Shown here piece by piece: positions 8,602-21,246 of a DNA stretch of 64,000 nucleotides. This stretch comes from Methylococcaceae bacterium (GTDB lineage Bacteria; Pseudomonadota; Gammaproteobacteria; Methylococcales; Methylococcaceae): NCBI GenBank assembly GCA_035518875.1, contig DATIXD010000089.1, forward strand, positions 726-64,725. Reading direction: 5' to 3'. Position 1 is the stretch's first letter. The number at the start of each line of letters is the position of its first letter. The position numbers and the translations under genes were made by a program. The notes beneath the pieces were generated by a model that saw nothing but the letters and a program-made list of their open reading frames with translations, had not been told where the DNA came from and searched no databases.

Positions 8602-9702
8602 TCACGAAGGGCCCGCCGGAACCGGCTTCAACTCCGTTGTCACATCCTGATTCTGGGCGCGGTGACGCAGATAATGATCCATCAGCACGATCGCCATCAT
8701 CGCCTCGGCGATAGGCGTGGCGCGAATGCCGACGCAGGGATCGTGCCGGCCAGTGGTGATGACTTCCACCGGCTCGCCGCGCACGTTCACGCTCCGGCCC
8801 GGCAGACGCAGACTGGAAGTCGGTTTGAGGGCGATACTGGCGACGATGTCCTGTCCCGAGGAAATGCCACCCAGCACGCCGCCGGCGTGATTGCTGAGGA
8901 AACCTTCCGGACTGATTTCGTCACGGAATTGCGTGCCCCTGGCCTCGATGCAGGCGAAGCCATCGCCGATCTCCACGCCCTTCACCGCATTGATGCTCAT
9001 CAGGGCATAGGCCAGCTCAGCATCCAGCCGGTCGAAGATCGGCTCGCCTAGACCCGGCGGAACGCCGGTCGCCACCACGTTGATTCGCGCCCCGATCGAC
9101 TCGCCTTCCTTCCGCAACGCGTCCATATAAGCCTCCATCTCGGGGACCTTGTCGGGATCCGGGCAGAAGAACGGATTATTGCCGACTTCGTCCCAGACAA
9201 GACGGTGGATTTTAATCGGCCCAAGTTGAGAAAGGTAGCCGCGAATCTCTAAACCTAAGCGCTCTTTCAAATATTTCTTGGCGATGCCCCCCGCCGCGAC
9301 CCGCATCGCCGTCTCCCGCGCAGAGGAGCGTCCGCCGCCCCGGTAATCGCGAAAGCCGTATTTCATGTGATAGGTGTAATCGGCATGGCCGGGACGGAAA
9401 CGCTCGGCGATATTGGAATAATCCTTTGAACGCTGGTCGGTGTTCTCGATCAGCAAGCCGATGGGCGTACCCGTAGTCTTGCCCTCGAACACGCCGGACT
9501 GGATCTTCACCTCGTCCGCTTCTCGCCGCTGGGTAGTGTGCCGCGATGTGCCGGGCTTGCGTCGATCCAGATCTTCCTGGAGATCCGCCTCGCTCAGTTC
9601 AAGCCCCGGCGGACAGCCGTCCACGATGCAGCCGATCGCCGGCCCGTGGCTTTCGCCGAAGGACGTTACCGTGAACAGTTTGCCTAGGGTGTTTCCGGAC
9701 AT
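8602..9702 (-). CDS. aroC: chorismate synthase
   Basis: [33 protein letters not shown] and the downstream conserved AroC blocks are present. Confidence 0.96.
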   Translation of the reverse strand: MSGNTLGKLFTVTSFGESHGPAIGCIVDGCPPGLELSEADLQEDLDRRKPGTSRHTTQRREADEVKIQSGVFEGKTTGTPIGLLIENTDQRSKDYSNIAERFRPGHADYTYHMKYGFRDYRGGGRSSARETAMRVAAGGIAKKYLKERLGLEIRGYLSQLGPIKIHRLVWDEVGNNPFFCPDPDKVPEMEAYMDALRKEGESIGARINVVATGVPPGLGEPIFDRLDAELAYALMSINAVKGVEIGDGFACIEARGTQFRDEISPEGFLSNHAGGVLGGISSGQDIVASIALKPTSSLRLPGRSVNVRGEPVEVITTGRHDPCVGIRATPIAEAMMAIVLMDHYLRHRAQNQDVTTELKPVPAGPS

Positions 9703-9773
9703 GGTTGTGGATTCAGAATCTCATAAATGGAACTAGCGGCACACGTTGGGTTACGGCTATCGCCTAACCCCAC

Positions 9774-10706
9774 CTACATCAATTGACTGCGACACTCCCG
9801 AAGTTGCTCCGCCGTCAGTAGAAACACCCCGTCGCCGCCGCGTTCGAAATCCAGCCAATAGAAAGGGACTTCCGGATAGGCCTCCTCCAGAGCCTCGGCG
9901 CTGCTGCCGACTTCCACCACCAGAATACCGCCCGGTTTCAGATGGGCCTCCGCGCCCTGCAGGATGCGCCGTACGCAATCTAGACCGGTTTCACCGGACT
10001 CGAGCCCGAGCCTCGGCTCGGCATGGTATTCGAGGGGGAGCCGCCGCCATTCTTCCATATTCACGTAGGGCGGGTTGCTGACGATCAGATCGTAATGCCT
10101 GTCGCCGAGAGCGGCATACAGATCGGACTCCACAGCCCGGACGCTATCTTCAAGTTCGTGTTGGGCGATATTGATACACGTAACTTCGAGCGCTTCCGGC
10201 GAAATGTCGACCGCGTCAACCTCGCAGTTCGGAAAAGCATAGGCACAGGCGATGGCGATGCAGCCGCTGCCGGTGCAAAGATCGAGAATGTCGGTGACCG
10301 TATCCGGTTGACCGAACCACGGGCTGAACTGCTGTTCGATCAGCTCGGCAATGGGCGAGCGCGGCACCAACACGCGCTCATCGACATAGAACGACAAGCC
10401 GGCGAACAGAGCTTCATGGGTCAGATAGGCGGCGGGCTTGCGCTCGGCGATACGGCGCTCGATCAGATTTACCACCCGCACGCGTTCATCCGGCGCGAGC
10501 GTGGCGTTGAAATAACCGCCGGGCAGATCGTGGGGTTGATGGATCGCGTGCAGAACCAGGGCTGCGGCTTCGTCCAGGGCGTTTGCCGTGCCGTGGCCGA
10601 AGAACAGCTTCTCCTGCTTGAAGCGGCTGGCACCCCAGCGGATGTAGTCGCGGATCGTGGTCAGATGGGCCGTTACGGCCTCCGGGTTGTTCATGCCCTC
10701 GCTCAA
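9774..10706 (-). CDS. prmB: 50S ribosomal protein L3 glutamine N5-methyltransferase
   Basis: SAM motif [12 protein letters not shown] and the NPPY motif (VSNPPYV). It is adjacent to aroC, as in E. coli. Confidence 0.9.
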   Translation of the reverse strand: MSEGMNNPEAVTAHLTTIRDYIRWGASRFKQEKLFFGHGTANALDEAAALVLHAIHQPHDLPGGYFNATLAPDERVRVVNLIERRIAERKPAAYLTHEALFAGLSFYVDERVLVPRSPIAELIEQQFSPWFGQPDTVTDILDLCTGSGCIAIACAYAFPNCEVDAVDISPEALEVTCINIAQHELEDSVRAVESDLYAALGDRHYDLIVSNPPYVNMEEWRRLPLEYHAEPRLGLESGETGLDCVRRILQGAEAHLKPGGILVVEVGSSAEALEEAYPEVPFYWLDFERGGDGVFLLTAEQLRECRSQLM

Positions 10707-11734
10707 GGATAAAGGCCGATGGCCTTCAGGCCAATGGTTTCGTCCAGGCCGAACATCAGGTTCATGTTCTGAACGGCCTGTCCCGCCGCGCCTTTGACCA
10801 GATTATCGATGACCGCCAGAATGACCAGAGTATCGCCGTTCATGGGCCGATGGATGGCGATCTGGCAGCGGTTGACGCCGCGCACGTTGCGGGTGTCGGG
10901 ATGTGCCCCGGCCGGCATCACATCGACGAACGGCTCATCCCGATAACGGGTTTCGTACAACGCTTGCAAATCCGGCGCGGCGCCGTCCAGCTGTGCATAG
11001 ATCGTGGCATGGATGCCCCGGATCATGGGGATCAGGTGCGGCACGAAGGTCAGGCCCACCGGTTGGCCGGCGGCCTTTTCCAATCCCTGGCGAATTTCCG
11101 GCCAGTGGCGATGCCCCTTGACGCTGTAAGCTTTCAAGCTCTCGCCGGCCTCGCTCATGAGCATGGGAATCTCGGCCTTTCGTCCTGCGCCGCTAACACC
11201 CGATTTGACGTCGGCGATCAGGTTATCCAAGCGAATCGCGCCAGTTTCGATCAGCGGCAACAAGCCCAACTGTACCGCAGTGGGATAGCAGCCCGGACAG
11301 GCGATCAGGCGCGCCGAGCGAATCGGCTCGCGGTTGACCTCCGGCAAACCGTAAACCGCCTCTTTCAGCAGATCCGGGCAGGCGTGGGGTTCTCCGTACC
11401 ACTGCTGCCAAACCTCAGCATCCTTGAGCCGAAAATCGGCGGCGAGATCGATGAGTTTCACTCTGCGGGCGAGCAATGCTTCGGCCATACGCATGGCCGT
11501 CCCATTGGGCGTGGCAAAGAACACCACATCGCATTCGGCCAAAATTTCGGCGTCCGGTTCGCTGAATTCGGCATTCACGAAACCGCGCAGATTGGGATAC
11601 AGCTCATCCACCGGCCTGCCGGCGTCGGCACGGGAGGTGACCGCCTTGATGCGGACGCTCGGGTGCAGGGCCAGAATTCTGAGGAGTTCGACGCCCGTGT
11701 AACCGGTGCCGCCAACGATGCCCGCCTGAATCAT
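10703..11734 (-). CDS. argC: N-acetyl-gamma-glutamyl-phosphate reductase
   Basis: Rossmann fold [17 protein letters not shown] and the active-site sequence CPGCYPTA. Confidence 0.96.
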   Translation of the reverse strand: MIQAGIVGGTGYTGVELLRILALHPSVRIKAVTSRADAGRPVDELYPNLRGFVNAEFSEPDAEILAECDVVFFATPNGTAMRMAEALLARRVKLIDLAADFRLKDAEVWQQWYGEPHACPDLLKEAVYGLPEVNREPIRSARLIACPGCYPTAVQLGLLPLIETGAIRLDNLIADVKSGVSGAGRKAEIPMLMSEAGESLKAYSVKGHRHWPEIRQGLEKAAGQPVGLTFVPHLIPMIRGIHATIYAQLDGAAPDLQALYETRYRDEPFVDVMPAGAHPDTRNVRGVNRCQIAIHRPMNGDTLVILAVIDNLVKGAAGQAVQNMNLMFGLDETIGLKAIGLYP

Positions 11735-11803
11735 GATGTCTGTGTCCTGCCTATTCGACGATGAGGAACACCGAGGTAGCGCCCTTAAGGCCGCTTGTAC
11801 GCG

Positions 11804-12691
11804 TTATTTGACCGCACAGAATATACCGTAACAGCCCAGCCCGTCGCGAAAAATCCGGTACTGATTGAGCGCGGTATAGAAATTCCCGCTTTGGGCCGAC
11901 GTCCGTAGCCGAGACCAGGCCATCAGTTTCTGCATGGGCCAAGTCAGCAGCGCCGTTCGGTACAAGCGCCGGGAAGACGGAATGATATTCATCGTCGCAT
12001 TCCGGAATCGGATATCGTGAAATCCGCATTGTTCCAGGTAGCGGCGGAACTCATCGGGCGTCGCCAGATTCGGTATCTGCCAGCCGTTCAAACAGGTTCT
12101 CACAATCCGCCATTGCGCTTCGGTGAACTGCCGCTTGAGCGCGTAACCGTCCGCACAGACCAGACGGCCGCCCGCTTTCAGGATACGCAGGGCTTCCTGG
12201 ATGAAGGCGCGTTTATCCAAGGCGTGGCAAATGCTCTCGATACCCCAGACCACGTCGAAGGTTTCATCCTCGAATGGTGTCGCGCAGAAATCCGCCCTCT
12301 GAAAATCGGCCAGTTCGCTCAAGCCGCGTTTGGCGGCGTTTTTTCCGGCCAGCTCGACCTGGAATTCGCTCAGGGTGATGCCGGTGACGCGCGCGCCATA
12401 ATGCTCCGCCAGCCAAAGGGAACTGCCGCCGATGCCGCAACCGGCGTCCAGAATCCGGCTGCCGGGCCGAATTTGCGCCATTTCCGCCAATTCCCGGTTC
12501 ATGTTCATCAGGGACTGGCTGTGGCTCTTGGTTTCAGAGTCCCAGAAGCCGTAGTGGATGGCAAGGTTCCGGGCATCCAGCCAGGAAGTCCGGTAATCCC
12601 AGTGGCACTCGTTGTAGTACCGGACGATATCTTCCTTCAACGTTTCGGTCGTGCTGGCGCGATAGTCCTGGCCTGGAACCAATGAGGTCAT
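11804..12691 (-). CDS. class I SAM-dependent methyltransferase (sterol / small-molecule MT-like subfamily)
   Basis: Motif I ILDAGCGIGGSSLWLA. The N-terminal YYNECHWDYRTSW...HYGFW block is typical of SMT, tocopherol-MT and GPP-MT-like enzymes. The substrate is not assignable. Confidence 0.75.
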   Translation of the reverse strand: MTSLVPGQDYRASTTETLKEDIVRYYNECHWDYRTSWLDARNLAIHYGFWDSETKSHSQSLMNMNRELAEMAQIRPGSRILDAGCGIGGSSLWLAEHYGARVTGITLSEFQVELAGKNAAKRGLSELADFQRADFCATPFEDETFDVVWGIESICHALDKRAFIQEALRILKAGGRLVCADGYALKRQFTEAQWRIVRTCLNGWQIPNLATPDEFRRYLEQCGFHDIRFRNATMNIIPSSRRLYRTALLTWPMQKLMAWSRLRTSAQSGNFYTALNQYRIFRDGLGCYGIFCAVK

Positions 12692-12802
12692 GAGAATTTC
12701 GTCCGCATAAGTAACGCATGAATTATGAATTAAGGAGCAACGCGACTTTCTGCGGCCACGGCCGGCTCACTGCAAAACCCGACGCCACACCGCTTGGCAG
12801 GT

Positions 12803-13099
12803 CTATTCCGATGCGCCGTAAGCTTCGACCTTGGACTTCAGCTTCTGCCCGGGCTTGAACGTCACAACACGCCGGGCCGTGATGGGGATTTCCTCACCGG
12901 TTTTCGGATTGCGGCCCGGCCTCTGTTTTTTGTCGCGTAGGTCGAAATTGCCGAACCCCGACAGTTTCACCGGGCTCCCCAGTTCCAGTGCGGTCTTGAT
13001 TTCCTCGAAAAAATGATCCACTAGCAGCTTGGCGTCCCGTTTGTTAAGGCTTAGCTCGTCCAGCAGTTTCTCCACTAAATCGGCTTTGGTCAATGCCAT
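12803..13099 (-). CDS. ihfA: integration host factor subunit alpha
   Basis: [26 protein letters not shown] is the IHF/HU arm. It sits downstream of pheT, as in enterics. Confidence 0.93.
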   Translation of the reverse strand: MALTKADLVEKLLDELSLNKRDAKLLVDHFFEEIKTALELGSPVKLSGFGNFDLRDKKQRPGRNPKTGEEIPITARRVVTFKPGQKLKSKVEAYGASE

Positions 13100-13103
13100 G
13101 AGT

Positions 13104-15485
13104 TCAATCTCTCAGTTTCGCGTCAAATTCTTTCGAGAGGAGAGCCAGCACGTCCGCAATAACCGCATCGACTCTCTCGTCCGTCAGGGTTTCGGCATCG
13201 TCCTGAAGAACCAGCCCAAGAGCGATGCTCTTCTTGCCCGATTCGACGCCCTGCCCCCGGTAAACGTCGAAGATGAGGACTTGCCGGATCAGGGCAGGAT
13301 ATTGGCCTTGTATGGAGGTGGCCAGGCGAGTGGCGTCCACCTGTTCGGCGACGATCACCGCGATGTCGCGACGAACCTGAGGGAATTTCGACAGGCTCTT
13401 GAACGCCGGGATCGCTCTTTGCAGGAGCAGATTCTGATCCACTTCGAATAGATACACGGATGTTTCGAATCCGAATTCTTTTTCCAGGCGCGGATGCAGC
13501 ATGCCCAGCCAGCCTAGCCGCTTCCTCCCTTCGATCAGGACTTCGGCACTCTGCCCCGGATGCAGGGCAGGATGTTGGCCGGCGACGAAGAGGGCATCGG
13601 CTTCATGTCCGGCGAGCCTGAGGATGGCCTCCAGATCGGCCTTCAGATCGAAGAAATCGACCGCGCGCGCGGGCTCGCCCCACTGTTCCGGATGCACGGA
13701 ACCCATTGCCAGGCCGGCCAGAGATTTCTCCTGTGTGATTTCGCCATCACGCCGGCTAAACTTGAGTCCCGCCTCGAACAAGCGAATCCGGGTCTGCTGG
13801 CGATTGCTGTTTCGCTGCGCCGCCTCCAGCAAGCCGCACCAGAGCCCGGTGCGCATCACCGCCAGATCGGAGGCAATCGGGTTCTTCAGCGCAAGACCTT
13901 CGGTGCCGGGTTCGATCAGCGCCTGTTTGGCGCCATCCACGAAGCTGTAGGTGATGGCTTCCTGATAGCCGCGATCGATCAGGACATCCTTGACTCGCTC
14001 CACATCCAGCACGCCTTCGGATTCCGGCTGCAATTCCATGCGCATCGTCGGACGGCGCCTCGGAATCTGATCGTAGCCGTAAACACGGCCGATTTCCTCG
14101 ATCAGGTCGGCCTCGATCGCAATGTCGAAACGGAAACTGGGCGGGATGACCCGCCAGCCTTCGGGATGGGGCTCCAACCTCATGCCGAGACGTACCAACA
14201 ATTCGGCCGTCTCCTCACCGGGGATAGGCACCCCCAACAGTTGGCTGACCCGCTCTTGCCGCAACAGAATGGGAGGGCGCAGGGGAAGATGCGATTCCGC
14301 CACCGCCTCGACGATCGGACCCGCTGCACCCCCGGCGATGGCGAGCAACAGCTCGGTCGCCCGCTCGATCGCGCGCGGTTGTAATTCGGGATCGACGCCG
14401 CGCTCGAAACGGTGGGATGAGTCGGTTGTCAGGCCGAAGCGGCGGGCCTTGCCCAGAATGGCCGCGGGCGCGAAGAAGGCGCATTCGAGAAAAATGTCGA
14501 CGGTGCCTTCGCCCACCGCCGAGTCCTTGCCGCCCATGATGCCCGCCAGCGCCAGGGGGCGCTGTTCGTCGGCGATGACCAGAACCTCCTCGTCCAGGGT
14601 GATTTCCTGATCATTCAGCAGGAAGAGCTTTTCACCGGGGGTTGCGAAGCGTACGCGAACGCCCCCTTCGAGTCTGGCCGCATCGAATGCATGCAAAGGC
14701 TGGCCCAACTCCAATAACACATAGTTGGTGACATCAACGACCGGGCCCAGCGAGCGGATTCCGGAGCGGCGCAAGCGCTCTCGCATCCACAGCGGAGTTT
14801 CGGCTCGCTGGTTGACGCCCGAGATCACCCGGCCGAGATAGCGTGGACAAGCCTCGGGCGCATCCACTTTGACCTGCAGCGTCGAACCGATGATCGCCGC
14901 AGTTGCAGGCGCATTCGGCACACTCCAATCCATCTTATTGAGCAGCGCCACTTCGCGGGCTATACCCTGGACACTGAGACAATCGGCCCGGTTCGGGGTC
15001 AAATCGACCTCAACAATGGCGTCGTCAAGTTGCAGATAGTCGCGCAGGTCGCGACCAACTGGCGCGTCCGCGGGCAAGGCCATCAGGCCGCTCTGGGGAT
15101 CGTCGATGCCGAGTTCCTTGGCCGAGCACAACATACCATGGGAGAGAACGCCGCGCAGTTCGGACGGCTTGATTCCAAGACCGCCCGGCAACATCGCGCC
15201 CTCGATGGCCAGCGGGGCCTTCATGCCCACATGCACGTTGGGCGCGCCGCAAACGATGGTCAGCGGCGATGGGCCGCCGGCCGCGACCCGGCAAATTCTC
15301 AGTCGATCGGCCTGGGGATGGGGCGCAACCTCCAGAATTTCTCCGACCACCACGCCATGGAACGATCCCGCGACCGGCTCGACGCTATCGACTTCCAAGC
15401 CGGCCATAGTCAGTTGCGCGACGAGTCGATCCGTCGCGACGGGCGGATCGACGTATTCTCTCAACCAGTCCTCGCTAAAGCGCAT
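13104..15485 (-). CDS. pheT: phenylalanine--tRNA ligase beta subunit
   Basis: 793 aa. The N-terminal tRNA-binding domain starts [14 protein letters not shown], and B3/4, B5 and FDX-ACB-like regions follow. Confidence 0.97.
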   Translation of the reverse strand: MRFSEDWLREYVDPPVATDRLVAQLTMAGLEVDSVEPVAGSFHGVVVGEILEVAPHPQADRLRICRVAAGGPSPLTIVCGAPNVHVGMKAPLAIEGAMLPGGLGIKPSELRGVLSHGMLCSAKELGIDDPQSGLMALPADAPVGRDLRDYLQLDDAIVEVDLTPNRADCLSVQGIAREVALLNKMDWSVPNAPATAAIIGSTLQVKVDAPEACPRYLGRVISGVNQRAETPLWMRERLRRSGIRSLGPVVDVTNYVLLELGQPLHAFDAARLEGGVRVRFATPGEKLFLLNDQEITLDEEVLVIADEQRPLALAGIMGGKDSAVGEGTVDIFLECAFFAPAAILGKARRFGLTTDSSHRFERGVDPELQPRAIERATELLLAIAGGAAGPIVEAVAESHLPLRPPILLRQERVSQLLGVPIPGEETAELLVRLGMRLEPHPEGWRVIPPSFRFDIAIEADLIEEIGRVYGYDQIPRRRPTMRMELQPESEGVLDVERVKDVLIDRGYQEAITYSFVDGAKQALIEPGTEGLALKNPIASDLAVMRTGLWCGLLEAAQRNSNRQQTRIRLFEAGLKFSRRDGEITQEKSLAGLAMGSVHPEQWGEPARAVDFFDLKADLEAILRLAGHEADALFVAGQHPALHPGQSAEVLIEGRKRLGWLGMLHPRLEKEFGFETSVYLFEVDQNLLLQRAIPAFKSLSKFPQVRRDIAVIVAEQVDATRLATSIQGQYPALIRQVLIFDVYRGQGVESGKKSIALGLVLQDDAETLTDERVDAVIADVLALLSKEFDAKLRD

Positions 15486-15515
15486 GGTGCAACCTTCTCC
15501 CTTTGATTCCGCCGC

Positions 15516-16616
<1,101 letters not shown>

Positions 16617-16619
16617 CTA

Positions 16620-16967
16620 TCAAGCCTGGGCCAATTTGGCCAACTCGGCGAAGGCTTCTTTGTCGTATACGGCCAGATCGGCCAAAACCTTGCGGTCGAG
16701 TTCGATCGATGCCTTTTTGAGTCCGTCCATGAAACGGCTGTAGGACAATCCGCACTCGCGCGCCGCAGCGTTGATGCGAGTGATCCAAAGGGCGCGGAAC
16801 TGACGTTTTCTTTGCTTGCGGTCGCGATAGGCGTATTGACCGGCCTTGATGACCGCCTGTTTGGCGACCCGGAACACGCGGCTGCGGGCGCCATAATAGC
16901 CCCTAGCCTGCTTGAGAACTTTTTTGTGTCTGGCGCGCGCGGTGACGCCACGTTTCACTCTGGGCAT
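16620..16967 (-). CDS. rplT: 50S ribosomal protein L20
   Basis: [39 protein letters not shown]. Confidence 0.97.
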   Translation of the reverse strand: MPRVKRGVTARARHKKVLKQARGYYGARSRVFRVAKQAVIKAGQYAYRDRKQRKRQFRALWITRINAAARECGLSYSRFMDGLKKASIELDRKVLADLAVYDKEAFAELAKLAQA

Positions 16968-17000
16968 GGAATATCCCCTCTCTCGTTAAACCAAAATTAA

Positions 17001-17198
17001 TCAGACGTAGGGCAAAAGCCGGTTCGCGCCCGGCAAATCCGAGGCATGCAGCATGCCGGCATGGCGCAACTGTCTCTTCCGCTTGGTGGTTTTCTTGGTC
17101 AAGATGTGGCGGCGATGGGAATGATTGCACTTCAAACCGCCGGAAGCCGTGCGGCGAAATCTTTTCGCTGCGCCACGATTGCTTTTGATCTTTGGCAT
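17001..17198 (-). CDS. rpmI: 50S ribosomal protein L35
   Basis: [36 protein letters not shown]. Confidence 0.96.
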   Translation of the reverse strand: MPKIKSNRGAAKRFRRTASGGLKCNHSHRRHILTKKTTKRKRQLRHAGMLHASDLPGANRLLPYV

Positions 17199-17221
17199 TT
17201 ACGATTACTCCAAATTGGTCT

Positions 17222-17752
17222 TCAGGTTTTTTTCTTTTTCGGCGAAAGGGTCATGCTCAACTGCTTGCCTTCCAGCTTGGGAAATTGCTCGACTGTTGCA
17301 TACTCCTGCAAATCGGTCTCGATCCTTTTCAGCAAATCCATTCCCAACTCCCTGTGGGACAATTCCCGGCCGCGGAACCGAACGGTAATTTTGGCCTTGT
17401 CGCCGTCATTGAGAAACCGGATGAGATTGCGCAGCTTGATCTGGTAATCGCCTTCGTCGGTTCCCGGCCTAAATTTGACTTCCTTGATGTGGATCAGCTT
17501 TTGCTTCTTCTTGGCCGCCTGCAGCTTCTTGCTTTGCTCGAACCGGTACTTACCGTAATCCATGACCCGACAGACCGGCGGTTCGGCGCTGGGCGAAATT
17601 TCCACCAAGTCGAGTTCGGCTTCGAACGCTATTTGCTTCGCTTCACGGCTTGAAACAATCCCTAACTGCTGACCGTCGGGTCCGATCAGCCGGACCTGGG
17701 GCCAAGTGATCTCATCGTTCAGGCGCGGCTCTTTTCTATCGTTCGCAGTGAT
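17222..17752 (-). CDS. infC: translation initiation factor IF-3 (non-AUG start, ATC)
   Basis: The conserved N-domain, [38 protein letters not shown], lies upstream of the first ATG at 17608. An in-frame TAG sits 2 codons before the ATC at 17752..17750. GGAGG lies 8 nt upstream of that ATC. Confidence 0.88.
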   Translation of the reverse strand: MTANDRKEPRLNDEITWPQVRLIGPDGQQLGIVSSREAKQIAFEAELDLVEISPSAEPPVCRVMDYGKYRFEQSKKLQAAKKKQKLIHIKEVKFRPGTDEGDYQIKLRNLIRFLNDGDKAKITVRFRGRELSHRELGMDLLKRIETDLQEYATVEQFPKLEGKQLSMTLSPKKKKT

Positions 17753-17775
17753 ACCCTATTCCTCCAACAAAAAAT

Positions 17776-19692
17776 TTAAGCAATGACAGCCCGTCTCGTG
17801 ACTTCGTCGACGAGCTTTTGGACGATATCCGGCAAGCTGAAACTGCCCAGATCGTTCCCTCTTTGCGTGCGCACGGTGACGGTTCCCGCCTCAACTTCCT
17901 TGTCGCCGACAATCAGAAGATAAGGCACCCGTTGCATAGAGTGCTCGCGGATTTTAAAGCCGATCTTCTCATTTCTCAAGTCGCAATTAACCCGGAAGCC
18001 TTTTGCGCTCAACTCTTTAGCCACATTTTCCCCATAATCGGCCTGACGGTCTGTGATATTCAGGACCATCACCTGAACGGGCGCCAGCCACAACGGGAAA
18101 TAACCTGCGTAGTGCTCGATCAGGATGCCGATGAAGCGCTCCATGGAGCCCAGGATCGCACGATGCAACATGACGGGCGTCTGCTTGGAACCGTTTTCGG
18201 CGACATACACCGCACCGAGCCGCTCGGGCATGGAAAAATCCACCTGGACGGTACCGCATTGCCAGACACGGCCAAGGCAGTCCTTCAGCGAAAACTCGAT
18301 CTTGGGCCCGTAAAATGCGCCTTCGCCGGGCTGCAGCTCCCAAACCAGACCTTTGCTGTCCAGCGCGGTTCGCAGCGCCGCCTCGGCTTTGTCCCAAACC
18401 TCATCCGAACCGACCCGCTTGGCCGGACGCGTCGAGAGCTTGACCAGCACCTCGTGGAAGCCGAAGTCGGCGTAGACCCGGTGCAAAAGGTCAATGAACC
18501 GGCACACCTCGTCCTGCACTTGGTCCTCGGTACAGAAAATGTGCGCGTCATCCTGGGTGAAACCACGCACGCGCATGATGCCGTGCAGCACGCCGGAAAG
18601 CTCGTTGCGGTGGCAGGAGCCGAATTCGGCCAGGCGCAGCGGTAAATCCCGATAGCTCTTCAAACCCTGATTGTATACCTGGATGTGGCAAGGGCAATTC
18701 ATGGGTTTGATGGCGAAATCCCGCTCCTCGGAATTCGTGGTGAACATCTCGTCCTGGAACTTCTCCCAGTGACCGGACTTCTCCCACAAGCTGCGGCCAA
18801 CGATCAGCGGCGTCCTGATTTCCTGATAACCGTTGTCGCGGAACACCCGCCGCATGTATTGTTCGACCGTCTGCCACAGCGTCCAACCGGCGGGATGCCA
18901 GAACACCATACCCGGCGCCTCGTCCTGCAAGTGGAACAGTTTCAGTGCTTTGGCGATCTTGCGGTGATCGCGCTTTTCCGCCTCTTCCAGGCGATGCAGG
19001 TATTCCTTCAGATCCTTCTTGTCCGCCCAGGCCGTGCCGTAGATGCGTTGCAGCATCTCATTGCCGGAATCGCCGCGCCAGTAAGCGCCAGCGATCTTCA
19101 TCAGCTTGAAGGCTTTCAGTTTGCCGGTGTCCGGCACATGCGGCCCACGGCACAGATCGGTGAAATCGCCCTGAGAATATAGAGAGACTTCTTGATCCTC
19201 TGGGATATCCTCGATGATCTTCGCCTTGTATTCCTCGCCCAAGCCACGAAAAAACTGGATTGCCTGATCGCGCGGCAAGACGTTGCGACTGACTTCCAAC
19301 TCCTGCCCGGCGAGCTCTTCCATCTTCTTTTCGATGGCTTGGAGATCTTCAGGCGTAAAAGGACGTTCAAAAGCGAAATCGTAGTAGAAACCGTCCTCGA
19401 CCACGGGACCTATGGTGACTTGAGCGGATGGGTACAAGGCCTTGACGGCTTGGGCCAAAAGATGTGCCGTCGAATGACGGATGATTTCCAGACCTTCCGC
19501 ATCGCGACCGGTGACAATCGCGACCCTGGCGTCGCTAGCGATCTCAAAGGAAAGATCGACGAGCCGCCCATTCACTTTCCCGGCCAAGGCCGCCCGCGCC
19601 AAACCGGTGCCGATAGACTCGGCCACCTGGCGCAGCGTGACGGCGCGATCGAATTCGCGCTTGGAGCCATCGGGAAGCGTAATTACGGGCAT
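17776..19692 (-). CDS. thrS: threonine--tRNA ligase
   Basis: [15 protein letters not shown] marks the TGS domain. The editing and class II catalytic domains follow. 638 aa. Confidence 0.97.
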   Translation of the reverse strand: MPVITLPDGSKREFDRAVTLRQVAESIGTGLARAALAGKVNGRLVDLSFEIASDARVAIVTGRDAEGLEIIRHSTAHLLAQAVKALYPSAQVTIGPVVEDGFYYDFAFERPFTPEDLQAIEKKMEELAGQELEVSRNVLPRDQAIQFFRGLGEEYKAKIIEDIPEDQEVSLYSQGDFTDLCRGPHVPDTGKLKAFKLMKIAGAYWRGDSGNEMLQRIYGTAWADKKDLKEYLHRLEEAEKRDHRKIAKALKLFHLQDEAPGMVFWHPAGWTLWQTVEQYMRRVFRDNGYQEIRTPLIVGRSLWEKSGHWEKFQDEMFTTNSEERDFAIKPMNCPCHIQVYNQGLKSYRDLPLRLAEFGSCHRNELSGVLHGIMRVRGFTQDDAHIFCTEDQVQDEVCRFIDLLHRVYADFGFHEVLVKLSTRPAKRVGSDEVWDKAEAALRTALDSKGLVWELQPGEGAFYGPKIEFSLKDCLGRVWQCGTVQVDFSMPERLGAVYVAENGSKQTPVMLHRAILGSMERFIGILIEHYAGYFPLWLAPVQVMVLNITDRQADYGENVAKELSAKGFRVNCDLRNEKIGFKIREHSMQRVPYLLIVGDKEVEAGTVTVRTQRGNDLGSFSLPDIVQKLVDEVTRRAVIA

Positions 19693-19724
19693 CTTGCGGG
19701 CAATCGGATCACAACAACATTAAC

Positions 19725-19750
19725 AAAAAAGCATCGCGTTGCGATGCTTT
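19725..19750 (-). terminator. rho-independent terminator-like hairpin between tRNA-Val and thrS
   Basis: The minus strand reads GCATCGC-AAC-GCGATGC followed by TTTTTT. Confidence 0.55.
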
Positions 19751-19756
19751 CGGAAT

Positions 19757-19833
19757 TGGTAGGCGCGATTGGAGTTGAACCAACGACCCCCACCATGTCA
19801 AGGTGGTGCTCTAACCAACTGAGCTACGCGCCT
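19757..19833 (-). tRNA. tRNA-Val (anticodon GAC)
   Basis: The reverse complement folds as a cloverleaf of 77 nt. Acceptor AGGCGCG/CGCGCCT, D arm GCTC-AGTTGGTTA-GAGC, anticodon arm CCACC-TTGACAT-GGTGG, T arm GTTGG-TTCAACT-CCAAT, and an encoded CCA. Confidence 0.95.
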
Positions 19834-20004
19834 GCGTTAGGCCATCTATTTATTGAAACAATTATAATGGCGTTTGCGGCGAAAAGGAAGATTATTATGG
19901 AATGCCATATTCGCCGGGCGAATTGCTTAATTTGTTGCGGAGTCACTGTACTCTCGAATCGATTCGAGCAAGGGGATGAACATTCGGTCAACCGCGCTTG
20001 AAAA

Positions 20005-21246
20005 TCAGGCGGGCTTATAACTCCAACCCCTAAATCGCAATAACAGCAGCAAGCCTGGAATCGCCATTGCCGAGCAAGCGATGAAAAAAGTCTGCCATCC
20101 CACCAGGCTCGCCAACCAGCCGCTGGGCGCGGCGATCAGCACACGGGGCACGCCCATCAGGCTCGACAGCAGAGCATACTGGGTCGCAGTGAAACGCTTA
20201 TCGGTCTGGCTGGCCATGAAGGCAATGAACGAGGCAGTCCCCATACCGGCGGATAAATTTTCGAAGCTGATAACCGCGATCAGTGCGATCAGGTTGGCGC
20301 CGGTTAGGGTCAGAATCACGAAGGCCGCAGTGGAAAGCGCTTGCAGCAGGCCAAACTGCCATAGCGTGGCGTAAATGCCGTAGCGAAGGATGAGTGCACC
20401 GCCCGACAACCCGCCCAGCACGGTCGCCCAGAAACCGAAAAGTTTCACCACCGCACCGATTTCGGTCTTGCTATAGCCGATGTCCAGATAAAACGGGGTG
20501 GTCATCTGACTCGCCACCGTGTCGCCCATCTTGTAAAGCAGGATAAAAAAAAGTATCCAGAACGCGTCCCGACGTTGAAAAAACTCGAGAAACGGTTGGA
20601 CGACGGCCTCCCCCAAAGAGCGGGGGATATTCGACGCCTCCCGTGGTTCGGGCGCCAACCAACTCACCAGAAGGCCGCTCAGCATGACTGCCGCCATAAG
20701 CAGATAAACTTGCGAAAAACGGATGAAATCGGCGAGGATCAAACCGCCGCCGGACGCCAACAGCATTCCCAGTCGGTAACCGTTGACGTAAAGCGAAGCA
20801 CCGAGTCCCTGCTCCCGATCGGCCAGGCTTTCGCGGCGGTAAGCGTCGATCAGCGTATCCTGGGAGGCGGAAAAGAAAGTCACCAGAAACGCGATGCCGG
20901 CGAGAACGCCGGGATTTTGCACTGGTTCGGCAAACGCTAGCGCGGCAATCGCCATCGCCAGCAAAACTTGCACGATGATAAGCCAACCGCGCCGACGCCC
21001 GATCCGCGACAGCTTGAAACGATCGAACAAAGGCGCCCACAGAAATTTACAGGTGTAGGGCAGGCCGACCAGGGCAAACAGGCCAATGGTGGCCAGATCG
21101 ACACCCTCCTCCGTCATCCAAGCCTGCATCACGGAGCCCGTTAGCAACAAGGGCAAGCCGCCATAAAATCCCATCAGAAAAGCGGTCAACATCCGCCCGC
21201 TGAGGAAAACCCTATAGAGAGGCGTAGAGCTAGAAGGGATAGTCAT
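20005..21246 (-). CDS. ampG: AmpG-family muropeptide MFS permease
   Basis: ORF trimmed to the ATG at 21246 (MTIPSSSTPLYRVFLSGRMLTAFLMGFYGGLPLLLTGSVMQAWM). LPYTCKFLWAPLFDRF is an AmpG signature. It overlaps the end of xthA by 17 nt. Confidence 0.85.
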   Translation of the reverse strand: MTIPSSSTPLYRVFLSGRMLTAFLMGFYGGLPLLLTGSVMQAWMTEEGVDLATIGLFALVGLPYTCKFLWAPLFDRFKLSRIGRRRGWLIIVQVLLAMAIAALAFAEPVQNPGVLAGIAFLVTFFSASQDTLIDAYRRESLADREQGLGASLYVNGYRLGMLLASGGGLILADFIRFSQVYLLMAAVMLSGLLVSWLAPEPREASNIPRSLGEAVVQPFLEFFQRRDAFWILFFILLYKMGDTVASQMTTPFYLDIGYSKTEIGAVVKLFGFWATVLGGLSGGALILRYGIYATLWQFGLLQALSTAAFVILTLTGANLIALIAVISFENLSAGMGTASFIAFMASQTDKRFTATQYALLSSLMGVPRVLIAAPSGWLASLVGWQTFFIACSAMAIPGLLLLLRFRGWSYKPA

